Assembly (NCBI GenBank): GCA_963709345.1
Contig: CAVPVX010000011.1
Location: forward strand, 320,001 to 384,000
Reading direction: 5' to 3'
Origin: an uncultured Actinomycetes bacterium
Lineage (GTDB): Bacteria; Actinomycetota; Thermoleophilia; UBA2241
DNA length: 64,000 bases
Within the stretch, counting starts at the first letter, position 1; the number at the start of each line of letters is the position of its first letter. The notes beneath the pieces are model-generated. The model had not been told where the DNA came from and did no database searches. It saw only the letters and a program-made list of their open reading frames with translations. Of this stretch, positions 50,998 through 60,986 are shown one piece after another. The position numbers and the translations under genes were made by a program.

Positions 50998-51033
50998 GGC
51001 GTATCGTCCGCCGTTCCGCCGCGACGCCGCCGC

Positions 51034-52313
51034 TCACACCTGCGTCACCAGGTACTCGAACGCCGCCAGCGCCGCCTTGGCGCCCTCGCCGACGGAGATC
51101 ACGATCTGCTTGTCGTGCACGTCCGTGCAGTCGCCGGCGGCGAAGACGCCGCGCACGCCGGTACGACCGTGGCTGTCGACGACGATCTCGCCGCGCCCGT
51201 TGGTGTCGACGAGGTCGAGGGCGAAGCCGGTGTTGGGGAAGAGGCCGACCTCGACGAAGACGCCGTCCAGGTCGAGGCGCCGCGTCTCGCCGGACTCGCG
51301 GTCGCGCACCGTGAGCGCCGTCACGGCGTCGCCGCCGTTCGCGCTGCGTCCGTCGCCCGGCGCTTTGCCGGCGCTCACCGCCGCGGCCCTGGATCTCGAC
51401 GGGCTCGTGGTCGGGCAGCACCTCGACTGCCGGCGGCGCTCGCGACCTTGTCCTGCAGCACCTCGTCGCCGGTCAGCCCGCTGCGCGCCACCAGTGTGAC
51501 GTGGCGGGCGATGCCGTCCATCTCGATCGCCGCCTCGAGGGCCGAGTTGCCGCCGCCGACGATGGCGACGTCGAGATCCTTGAAGAGCGGCCCGTCGCAG
51601 GTGGAGCAGTAGACGACGCCGCGGCCGGCGAGTTCCTTCTCGCCGGGGATCTGCAGGTGCCGCTTCTGCACGCCGCTGGCGATGATCCAGGTACGAGCCG
51701 AGAGTTCGCGGATCGACTCGAGCTCGAGGATCTTGCTGCGCCCGTCGATGCGCAGGCCGACGACCTGCTCGCCGATGAGCTGCTCGATACCGTACCGCGA
51801 TGCCTGGGCGAAGAACTTCTGCACGAGATCCGGTCCGGTGATGAGCTCGTAACCCGGGTAGTTGGCCACGTCGCGGGTGGTGCCGAGCTGTCCGCCGATG
51901 TCGCCCGCCACGACGATCGTGCTGAGGTTCTTGCGCGCCGCGTACATGGCGGCGGCGAGGCCGGCGGGCCCGCCGCCCACTACGGCGACGTCGTAGAGCG
52001 TCTTGAGCTCGACCGGCTCGCGGCCGAGCCGCCGGTCGAGCTCTCCGGTCGCGTTGAGCCGGGCGAGGTCGTCATAGCCGCCGACGAGCGCGCCCTCGAG
52101 GAAGATCTCGGGCACGCTGCGGCGACCGGAGCGCTCCACCATCTCCTGCTGGAGCACCTCGTCGTGGGTCACGTCGATCTCGCGCCACTCCAGGCCCTTG
52201 GAGCGCAGCAGGGCCTTGGCCTTGGCGCAGAAGGGGCACCACTGCTTGGTGTAGAGGAGGAGGTCGCCGCGGCTTGCCTGGTCGCCGTCTCTCGCCTGCC
52301 GTCTCTCGCTCAT
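51034..52313 (-). CDS. Glutaredoxin-thioredoxin reductase (AhpF/TrxB-like) fusion; frameshift(s) near 51375-51440
   Basis: YTKQWCPFC..AKALL..SVPEIF..VGGYDDL (GrxC) then VVGGGPAG, YCSTCDGP, VGGGNSALE, GVFVEVG..PN, FAAGDCT..KQI. Confidence 0.85.
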
Positions 52314-52994
52314 CGGCTCACCGCCTTCGCTTCCTCGATCAGCGCGTTCAGGTTCGTCGGAATCGGGTTGGCCTTGAGCAGGCGCGCCATCCAGACGACG
52401 TTGTGCGCGAGGTAGCGCGCCGTCTTGTTGGTGTAGAGGTGCTTGTCGCCGCCGGCCTCGATGTAGCTGGGGCCGGGACCGGCGTCGCCGACCCAGTAGG
52501 TGTCGGCGTTCGGCGGCACGACGCAGCCCAGGTGGGTGAGGTTGAAGAGCGTGGTGCCCGCGGCGTCGTGGGCGCCGTCCTCGTTGCCGGTGACGACCAC
52601 GCCGGCGACCTTGCCGTAGAGCGGGAACTGGCCCGTGACCGGGTCGCCGTCGTTGTAGCTGCCGTCGAGGCGCTCGATGACCAGCTGCGCCACCGCGCGA
52701 GCGCACGCCGAACCAGATCGGCGTGCCGATGATGACGATGTCGGCGGCCTTCAGCTTGTCGTAGATGAGCGGCCACTCGTCGCCGTCGCCGAGGTCGGAC
52801 TCAATGCCGAAGGGGACGTTGTGGTCGACGACGCGGACGACCTCACTCTCTACGCCGAGCGGCGCCATGAGGCCGGTGACCTTGGTGATGAGCGCCTCCG
52901 TGTTCGAAACGGCCGGCGACTTCTTGAGCGTGCAGTTGAGGATGACGGCTTTGAGCGGGCCGGGGAGCGGCGGGGTGTCGGGGTGTCGGGGCAT
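52310..52994 (-). CDS. Flavodoxin / NADPH-dependent FMN reductase family protein; frameshift near 52700
   Basis: LNCTLKKSPAVSNT, GTPIWFG; shifted frame VIERLD, YGKVAGVVVTGNEDGAH, WVGDAGPGPSY. Confidence 0.85.
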
Positions 52995-53269
52995 CGGACG
53001 TCTCCTTCACAGGGGTGACCCGAGCCTGGCGTGCGAAGCCGTGGCGGCCGGGCGGCGGCCGCTCAGCTCGCGCGACCATAGGGAGCAGCTACCCCGGACG
53101 GCGCGTCCGTAGTCGTGCGCGAGGGGTTGACGGGGGACGTGCCCACATGCTGGCTGAACGAGATGGAGTGACTCTGCCTACACCGCGTCAGACGCCTGGG
53201 GACCCGCCGACCGGATGCGACGCGGTCTCCCCGCCGGCCATGCCGGCGACGCCGCTGCTCGGCGGGTCC

Positions 53270-53400
53270 CCAATCGTCATCACCGACCGCTGGGGCGAGG
53301 ACTGGGTCGTGTCGACGGCTGTCCGCAAGTTCGGGTTCGAGACCGAGCGCTTCGATCATAGCCTCGGCCTCGGCGTGATCCGCCCCATCACCGATCCCGG
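53270..53400 (+). pseudogene. Possible DUF3179-like protein fragment
   Basis: IVITDRWGEDW...KFGFETERFDHSLG...IRPITDP resembles the N-terminal part of DUF3179 proteins as I recall them; no intact flanks. Confidence 0.25.
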
Positions 53401-53634
53401 CGTGGCGCGGTCCGGTGACGGGCCGGAGCGTGACGGCTACCGAAGACGAGCAGGCCGCCGGCGACGCCTACGGCTACGACCAGGGATCCGGCACGGAGGG
53501 CTCGACGGGCACGCCGCAGGTCTGCCCCGCCACGGGGTGCAGCGCTTCGAGCCGCCACGCCACGGAGTGACGCCTCCGACGCACGGGAGGGAGCCGGCGC
53601 GGCGGCACGGTGGCATGCCCCTCTCGCTCCGCGT

Positions 53635-54093
53635 TCAGGCGAGCCGCGCCAGGCCGGCGAGCTCGTAGAGCACGACGACGCCGTAGACGGCGAGGAAGAG
53701 GATCGCCGCCAGCAGCGCCACACGACGTCTGCGCAGCGTCCAGATGCCGAGGGATGCGGCGGCGAGCAGGCCGATCTTGAACGCCGCCGCCTGCAGCGTC
53801 CCTTCGGCGAAGAAGAACCCCATGATCGGGTTGGCTTCGCTCGCGCCCCGTTCGAACAGCATCAGTGTGAGCGTGAGGTCGAGCAGGCTGAGCAGATTGG
53901 CCAGCGCCAGCACGTCGATCAGCGAACGCGGGTTGTCCCGCAGGTGGATCAGCGAGGCGTCGAGCGCGGCGGACAAGGGCGCTCGGTCCTGCGGGCGGCG
54001 CCGGTCAAAGCCGGAGCGCTGTTCTCTGAGGACGAAGCGGCGCCTGCGGCGCCGGTCGGTCCCGGGCGCTCTATGATCGGTGGCCGGTTCCAT
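53635..54093 (-). CDS. DUF5658-like membrane protein with Arg-rich N-terminus
   Basis: NLLSLLDLTLTL....GASEANPIM, AAFK; N-terminal TDRRRRRR..EQRSGFDRR. Confidence 0.7.
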   Translation of the reverse strand: MEPATDHRAPGTDRRRRRRFVLREQRSGFDRRRPQDRAPLSAALDASLIHLRDNPRSLIDVLALANLLSLLDLTLTLMLFERGASEANPIMGFFFAEGTLQAAAFKIGLLAAASLGIWTLRRRRVALLAAILFLAVYGVVVLYELAGLARLA

Positions 54094-54212
54094 CGGCTTC
54101 CCCTCGAAAGGATGAAGACGCATTCTACCCTATATGTCCGCCGGCCGGACCCGGGGTGCGTGGCGCGTGTCCTCGCGCTATTCTGAGGCTGCACGCACTC
54201 GAAAGGTAGTGG

Positions 54213-54933
54213 ATGCTTCAACGGATCGCCCACGGTCGAGAACGCCCGCCCTTCGCTGCTCCGATCGCGGCACGGGCCGCTCCGTCTGCTCCCGTGCGCG
54301 GCGCGGCGCTCCTCTTCGTTCTGTTCGTCGGCTTCGCGCTCCTCGGCCTTGCGGCTGCCTGCGGGGGCGCCGGGACCACGGAGCCGGGTGAGAACGGGCA
54401 GGCCGCCGACGTCGGCGGCCTGCGCCGTGCCGAGCGCGAGCGGCTCCGCGTCGCCGGCGGCGTCGCGCGCGCCCGTCGCCGGCAGAACGGAGATCGCCAC
54501 CTTCGCCGCGGGGTGCTTCTGGGGGGTCGAGGCGCACTTCGCGGCCCTGCCCGGAGTCGTCGACGTCGTCGTGGGCTATGCGGGCGGCACGACCGCGGAC
54601 CCCACGTACGACGAGGTCTGCTCCGGCGAGACCGGTCATGCCGAGGCAGTGCGCGTCCAGTACGACCCCGACGTGATCACGTACGAGGAACTGCTCGAGG
54701 GCTTCTTCGACATGCACGACCCCACCACGCTGGACCGTCAGGGACCGGACATGGGCTCCCAGTATCGCTCGGCGGTCTTCTTCCACACTCCCGGGCAGGA
54801 AAGGGCGGCGCGGGCGGTGATGGAGCGCGTCGAGAACGCCGGCGTGTACGCCGCACCGATCGTCACGCAGATCGCGCCGGCGGGCCCGTTCTGGCGCGCG
54901 GAGGAGTACCACCAGGATTACTATGACCGCTAG
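54213..54933 (+). CDS. msrA: Peptide-methionine (S)-S-oxide reductase, lipoprotein; frameshift in the linker near 54400-54430
   Basis: Lipobox LAAAC; [41 protein letters not shown]. Confidence 0.88.
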
Positions 54934-55073
54934 ACGGGCGAGGGCAGCCGGGACGCCGCGATGGCGGCTCCGCTCGCCGCGAGGCCCCGCACGGCGGCGT
55001 GACGTCGTCGATGCAGCCCGCCTCCAGCGTCCAGCGTGTGTGCTCGGGTCCTCTCCGCTAGACTCAGGAGGTC

Positions 55074-56479
55074 ATGACGAGTCTTCCGCCAGATCGCGAA
55101 GGGGAGGCAGGCCGGGCATCCGGCCCGGAGACCGGCCCTCCGTCCGCCCCGCAAGCCGCTCCGCCGCTGCCGTACCGCGTGTACCGGGCCGCCGACGCGC
55201 CGGAGTCACCTCCCGGCTCCTTCTCTGCCGGGCCGCGTGCGTCACGCTCCCGCGGCACCCGCTCGCGTGCGGAGCGTCGGCGCCGCCTGCTCGTGCGCCG
55301 GCTCGTCGCGCTCGTTGTGCTCGTCGTGCTCGTCGGCGCCGTGGCCGGGACCGCCTGGGCGGTGCTCGGCGGCGGCGGTGACGACGCCGGCGGCGGGCGA
55401 AGCAGCCGCCGCCGCCGGGCCGACCGCGCCCGCAGCCGTCGGCTCCGCGGAGTCGTCGCCATCCGCGTCGCCGTCAGCGTCGGCCGTGGCCGCCGACGCC
55501 GAGCCGGCCGTCATCGAGATCGGCTGGATCGGCGACACCACGCCGGGCTCCAAGTACGGGCTGCCGCCCGACAACGGGCGCGCCCTCTTCGCCGCCACAA
55601 AGAAGGCGCTGAGCAAGCCCGATCTCATGATCGCCAACATCGAGGGCACCTACTCCACGGCCGGCGCCTCGAAGTGCGACGGCGTGGATTCGGGCCTCTG
55701 CTTCGCCTTCCAGGCGCCGCCGTCGTACGCCAAGGCGCTCACGTGGGCCGGCATCGACATGGTGAGCGTCGCCAACAACCACAGCTACGACTACCTGCAG
55801 CGGGGCTTCGACCAGACGATCGAGGCGCTCGACGGCGTCGGCGTCGCGTACACGGGCCGGCGCGACCAGGTGACCGTGGTGGACGTGGATGGCGTGAGCG
55901 TCGCGGCGATCGGGTTCTCGCCCTACTCGTGGAACCCGAGCATCAACGACATCCCGGCCGCTGTGAAGCTCGTGGAGAAGGCCGCGAAGAAGGCCGACGT
56001 GGTGGTCGTGCTCATGCACGCCGGTGCGGAAGGGGCGGACAAGATCCACACACCGACCGGCTCCGAGATCGCCTTCGGCGAGAACCGCGGCGACTCGCGG
56101 GCCTTCGCCCACGCGTGCATCGACGCCGGCGCCGACCTCGTGCTGGGCTCCGGGCCGCACGTCATCCGCGGCATCGAGCGCTACAACGACCGGCTGATCG
56201 CGCTACTCACTGGGCAACTTCGGCGGCTGGGGCAACTTCGGCACCGGCGGCAACCTGAGCCTCTCGGGGCTGTTGACGGTGAAGGTCGACGCCAAGGGCC
56301 GCATCCACGGCGGGCGCTGGCTCTCGCTCTACATCGGCGGCCAGGGGGCGCCTTCGGTCGACAGTGGCGACGCGGCCGCCGCGCTGGTGCGGCAGCTCTC
56401 CGCGGCCGACTTCCCCAAGACGTACGAGCTGGACGCCAACGGCTACTTCAAGACCGCTCTCGGCCGCGCGGCCGACTGA
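55074..56479 (+). CDS. CapA / poly-gamma-glutamate synthesis family metallophosphoesterase; two frameshifts (about 55390 and 56200)
   Basis: N-terminal TM; IGD, ANIEG, ANNHSYDY, MHAGAE, GSGPHV, shifted frame YSLGNF. Confidence 0.82.
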
Positions 56480-56503
56480 CTGGGACCGCCGATGACAACA
56501 GGG

Positions 56504-57247
56504 ATGAGCGAGCAGCCCGACATCTCCCGCACTCGGCCGCGGCCGCGGCCGAGCCCCCTCTACCTGTGCGCACCGGTGAACGCGCTGGTCGAGGGCATCT
56601 TCGAGGAGAGGGTGCCGCTCGCGAAGATCCTCGAGCACGGCGACTTCGGCCTCGGCACCTTCGACGGGCTCGACGGCGAGATGGTGGTGCTCGACGGTCG
56701 CGTGTACCAGATCGCCGGCGACGGCGTGGTGCGCGAGGTGACGGAACCGGCCGCCTCGCCCTTCGCCTGCGTGACGTTCTACGCGCCGGCGAGCCACGAC
56801 GACCTCGCCGGCCCGCTGGAGTACGACGCCTTCCTCGACTGGCTGCTCACGCTGCTGCCTTCGCCCAACCTGTTCTACGCGCTGCGCATCGAGGGCCGCT
56901 TCGCCGACGTGCGCGTGCGCTCGGTGCCGCGGCAGGAGAACTACCTGCCGCTCGTCGAGGTCGCGAAGCACCAGGCGGAGTTCACGTTTGACGAGGCCGA
57001 GGGCACGCTGGCCGGCTTCTTCACACCGTCGTTCATGGAGTCGCTGAACGTGCCCGGCCTGCACCTCCACTTCCTCTCCGCCGACCGCACGCAGGGCGGG
57101 CACCTGCTCTCGTGCAGCCCGCGCGGGGTGCGCGCGAGCGTCCAGTTCATCTCGACCCTGGAGCTGGGTCTGCCGATGAGCGTCGACTACCTGACCTGGG
57201 ACTTCAGGCGGGACACCGGCGCCGACCTGGACGAGGCGGAGAAGTAG
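56504..57247 (+). CDS. budA: Alpha-acetolactate decarboxylase
   Basis: HGDFGLGTF..LDGEM, PFACVT, RSVPRQ, GLHLHFLS..R..GGH. Confidence 0.92.
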   Translation: MSEQPDISRTRPRPRPSPLYLCAPVNALVEGIFEERVPLAKILEHGDFGLGTFDGLDGEMVVLDGRVYQIAGDGVVREVTEPAASPFACVTFYAPASHDDLAGPLEYDAFLDWLLTLLPSPNLFYALRIEGRFADVRVRSVPRQENYLPLVEVAKHQAEFTFDEAEGTLAGFFTPSFMESLNVPGLHLHFLSADRTQGGHLLSCSPRGVRASVQFISTLELGLPMSVDYLTWDFRRDTGADLDEAEK

Positions 57248-57329
57248 AGCGGGTAGGGTCGCCCGCCCCGGGCTGCGCCGACGCTCTCCCCGCGCCATTC
57301 TGAGCGTGGTCAAGCGCGAACGGTGCGGA

Positions 57330-57593
57330 ATGCTGCGGCGGGTCATGAAGGGTCTGGAACGCATGCCACCGGCGCTGATGCCGGCGCTGCTCGGCGTCGC
57401 CCCGGCATCTGGTCGCCGGCAGGACCGAGATCGCCACGTTCGCGGCGGGCTGCTTCTGGGGCGCCGAGGCGCACTTCACGGACCTCCCGGGGGTCGTCGA
57501 CGCCGTGGCCGGCTACACGGGCGGCACCACCGCGGAGCCCACCTACGAGCAGGTCTGCTCCGGCGAGACGGGTCACGCCGAGGCCGTGCGCGT
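57330..57593 (+). pseudogene. msrA: Diverged, internally deleted and truncated second msrA copy
   Basis: MLRRVMKGLERMP vs [13 protein letters not shown]; 57412-57593 encodes [22 protein letters not shown]...TGHAEAVRV then breaks off. Confidence 0.8.
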
Positions 57594-57843
57594 AGGAGCC
57601 AGACACGCGCGGTGCGGCGTTGCTTCATGATGCGGCCTCCCTGTGCTCGAGCGGACGGATCTCTACGGGCGACATCGGCCCCTGCCGTACCCGTCTTCGA
57701 TAGGGCCATGGCCCCAAGTCGCCGCGGCGGCGACCCGCCTTCGTGGCGGCGACCGTCCCGTAGCCTCCGCTGAAGACAGGTGCCGCTGCGGGTCTCGCCG
57801 AGGGGAGCGCATCTGCCGACAACAGGAGTACGGGAGGCGGTGA

Positions 57844-59622
57844 ATGGACGGTCGGGCAGTGTGCGGGAGAGCTCCGGGAAGGACGACGGCGACGACGATG
57901 ACGTCGGCGCTGATCGCCGTCGCTCTGGCGGCTGCGATGGCGGCCGCGCTCTGGTGCTGCCTCGCTGCCGTGCCGGCCGGGGCGGGTGCGGCCACATACT
58001 ACGTGTCCCCGTCCGGCGACGACGCCCGGCCGGGCACCCAGGCGGAGCCCTGGCGCAGCCCGGGCCGCGCCTCCAAGCGCATGCGCGGCGGCGACACGCT
58101 CGTCATCCTGCGCGGCCGCTACGTTCTGAGCAGGTTCTGGGACGACATGATCACGCCGCCGTCCGGCAGCGCCGCCGCGCCGACACGCATCGTCGGCGAG
58201 GCCGGCCACCGGCCCGTCCTGGCCGGCCGCGACGACCTCTTCGCGGCGGTCGACGTCTCCGGCACCAGCTACGTCACCCTCGAGAACCTGGAGATCACCA
58301 GCGACGCCGGCGCCCTCTTCCGGGGCGGCGTCGAGGCGGCCGGAGACCCGGTCGACCACCTCGTCCTCCGCGACCTCTTCATCCACCACATCGACGAGAT
58401 GGCGCTGGACATCGGCGACGTCGAGCATCTCCTCGTCGAGCGCTGCCGGTTCTCCTACTGCGGGTTCGGCTGCATCGGCGGGCCTGGGGGCAGTCACGGC
58501 GGCAACCGCGCCGTCGTGATCCGCGAGTGCTACCTCGGGTACTCCGGCCACTACTATCAGGGAGAGTCCATCCTCGGGCCCTACGACCGCCCGGACGGCT
58601 TCGGCATCGAGCCGTCGGACGGGCCGGTGCTCATCGAGGACACCGTCGCCGAGCACAACCGCGGCGACGGGCTGGACTCCAAAGCCGCGGCGACCACCAT
58701 CCGGCGCTGCGTCGTGGCGAACAACGACTGCGACGGCGTCAAGCTGTGGGCCGGTGGCCGGCTCGAGAACACGCTGATCTACGGGATGGGCGACGGCGCC
58801 GGCGGGCCGTCGCCGTGGGCCGGCATCGTCATGGGCGGCGAGCCGGGGGCGCACTTCGAGATCGTCAATGTGACGGTCCACGACGATCCGTCGCGGCACG
58901 CCTACCCTGTCTACATGCAGTACGGCGAGCCGGAGCCGATGACCGTGCTCATCCGCAACACCGTCGTGGCGAACGGTCACGGCGTGGTGTATCTCGGGGA
59001 CGCGGTGACCGCGAGCGTCGACCACTGCGACTTCCACCGCCCGGGCGCCGACGTCCAGGTGCATGCCGGCGGCCGTGACTACACGGCGGAGCAGCTGCGG
59101 GCCGGCGCCCTCGGCGCCGGCGTCATCTCCGCCGCGCCGTGCTTCGCCGGCCCGGCCTGGGGCGCCGACGGCGACTTCCGCCCGTTGGCGGGCAGCCCGC
59201 TGATCGACGCCGGCACGGCCGCCGGCGCGCCGGCGCTCGACCTTGCCGGCGGCGCGCGGCCGGCGGGCGCCGCCGTCGACATCGGGGCCTACGAGTACGG
59301 CGCCGCTGCTCCGGAGCCGCCGCCCGGTCCGGCGCCGCCCGCGGCGCCCCGCCTGCGCTCGGCGACTCCGGACCGGGCGCGACCGGGCCGGTGGATCACG
59401 CTCCTCGGCCGCGACTTCGGGCGCACCCGCGCGGACGCCGCCGGCTCGCGGGCCCTGCGTACGGCCTCGGTCTGGTTCGGCTCGCGCCGCGCGACCGCCT
59501 ACGCGGCCTGGAGTGACGGGCGGATCCGGGTCAGAATCCCCCGGCGTTCGGCCGCGCGCCTGCGCCTGCGCGTCCACACGGCGGCCGGGTGGTCCGGCGC
59601 GCTGCGGTTCACCGTGCGATAG
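57844..59622 (+). CDS. Secreted right-handed parallel beta-helix protein with choice-of-anchor-Q-like motif and C-terminal IPT/TIG-like domain
   Basis: Signal peptide; ATYYVSPSGDD..PGT..EPW; DG.D repeats; DFRPLAGSPLIDAG...DIGAYEY. Confidence 0.8.
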   Translation: MDGRAVCGRAPGRTTATTMTSALIAVALAAAMAAALWCCLAAVPAGAGAATYYVSPSGDDARPGTQAEPWRSPGRASKRMRGGDTLVILRGRYVLSRFWDDMITPPSGSAAAPTRIVGEAGHRPVLAGRDDLFAAVDVSGTSYVTLENLEITSDAGALFRGGVEAAGDPVDHLVLRDLFIHHIDEMALDIGDVEHLLVERCRFSYCGFGCIGGPGGSHGGNRAVVIRECYLGYSGHYYQGESILGPYDRPDGFGIEPSDGPVLIEDTVAEHNRGDGLDSKAAATTIRRCVVANNDCDGVKLWAGGRLENTLIYGMGDGAGGPSPWAGIVMGGEPGAHFEIVNVTVHDDPSRHAYPVYMQYGEPEPMTVLIRNTVVANGHGVVYLGDAVTASVDHCDFHRPGADVQVHAGGRDYTAEQLRAGALGAGVISAAPCFAGPAWGADGDFRPLAGSPLIDAGTAAGAPALDLAGGARPAGAAVDIGAYEYGAAAPEPPPGPAPPAAPRLRSATPDRARPGRWITLLGRDFGRTRADAAGSRALRTASVWFGSRRATAYAAWSDGRIRVRIPRRSAARLRLRVHTAAGWSGALRFTVR

Positions 59623-59656
59623 GCCCTCCCGCCGCCGCGCTGCGTACGCCCCCGCT

Positions 59657-59807
59657 CGGGCACCTGCTCTCGTGCAGCCCGCGCGGCGTGCGGGCGAGCG
59701 TGCAGTTCATCGCGACGCTGGAGCTGGGTCTGCCGATGAGCGTCGACTACCTCACGTGGGATTCTCGCCGCGACACCCGCGCCGACCTGGACGAGGCGGA
59801 GAAGTAG
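59657..59807 (+). pseudogene. budA: Duplicate 3' end of budA
   Basis: Ungapped match to 57097-57247 (14 mismatches in 151 nt by my count), ending at the same TAG. Confidence 0.88.
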
Positions 59808-60019
59808 CACCCGCCTTCGGACGACACCTGCCGAACCGCAAGCGGCTCGCGCGCCACGGTCTCACCTTCCGGCGCACCTTCTGCGCCGCAGCGATGTGCT
59901 CGCCCGGCCGCCTCGCTGTTCACGGGCGTGTATCAGGCGGAGCACGTCGTGATCGAGGTCCTGCAGTGCGGCGAGAAGGACGCCGAAGTCTCGCCGGGCA
60001 CTCTGCAGCCGTCGCGCAG

Positions 60020-60195
60020 GAACCTGGCTACGGTGCTCGACGCGCTGGACGCCAACGAGGGCCTCGCGGACCGCACGATCGTCTTCCGCCTCTCGGACCA
60101 CGGCGAGATGGGGCTGGCTCACGGTGGCATGCGCGAGAGGGCGTTCAAAGCCCACGAGGCGACGATCCACGTGCCCCTCGTCGCGCCGCACCCGT
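60020..60195 (+). pseudogene. Sulfatase fragment
   Basis: LATVLDALD...LADRTIVFRLSDHGEMGLAHGGMRERAFKAHEATIHVPLV (SDHG motif region) without the N-terminal CxPxR half. Confidence 0.65.
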
Positions 60196-60345
60196 ATCGG
60201 CGCGGCGCCGTCGTCGGTAGGGCCGGCCGGTTCCCTGCTCCTATGGGCAAGTGTTCCATGCGGCCCAGCGCTCCGGCCGCCGATGCAGTGTGCCGGAGCC
60301 ACTCATTGCGCCCCGCGCCCGGGGCGCGCGCATCGGAGGGAGCCC

Positions 60346-60882
60346 ATGGAGATGCTCATCGGCCACGGAGATGCCACGGCGCGCGACGCCCTGATGAGGG
60401 CGATCGGCGACGCGGGCGGCTCCGTCGAGTTCATCGAGGCAGGCAACGGCGATGAAGCGCTGGAGGTGCTGCTGCGCGACAAGGCGCCGCGCCTCGCCGT
60501 CATGGACCGGGACATGCCCGGGGTCGATGGCCTCGAGCTGTGCCGCCTTGTCCGGGACTTCCACCTGGAGGGTCCTCCGTACATCCTGCTGCTGGTGGCC
60601 GGACGCGACGCCGACGTCGAGATCGGGCTCGAGGCCGGCGCCAACGATTGCCTGCGCACCCCGGCCTCCGCCGCCGAGATCCGCGAGCGCGTCGGCGCCG
60701 GCCGGCGGTTCGTGGAGGTCCCGTGGGAGCGCGCCACGCGTGGCGCGACGCTGGAGGCCGTGCGCCTGCCGGACGACGAGGCCTGGGATGCCTTCGGCAT
60801 GATGGATGCGCCGCGCGACGTCAACGCTGCGGCGCACACCGCCCCTCGGGCAGAGTTGCAGGCGGTGCTGAGCGAGCGCTGA
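60346..60882 (+). CDS. Stand-alone atypical receiver-domain protein
   Basis: GGAGGGAG RBS; LAVMDRDMPGVDGLELCR..PPYILLL..GLEAGAND; acidic pocket GHGD; conserved Lys absent (RTP). Confidence 0.7.
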   Translation: MEMLIGHGDATARDALMRAIGDAGGSVEFIEAGNGDEALEVLLRDKAPRLAVMDRDMPGVDGLELCRLVRDFHLEGPPYILLLVAGRDADVEIGLEAGANDCLRTPASAAEIRERVGAGRRFVEVPWERATRGATLEAVRLPDDEAWDAFGMMDAPRDVNAAAHTAPRAELQAVLSER

Positions 60883-60986
60883 CGGGGGGCCTGCCGCCGA
60901 CCGGTGCTGTGGGCACCGCCGGCGGGGGTGTCGCCGGACGGCTGCGCGGGCGCTGTCTCGGCCGACTCGCTCCTTGGGCCGTCCGC

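Noticed and set aside
57769-57800. CTGAAGA as a hammerhead ribozyme core
   Set aside because: No matching GAAA strand or flanking stems.
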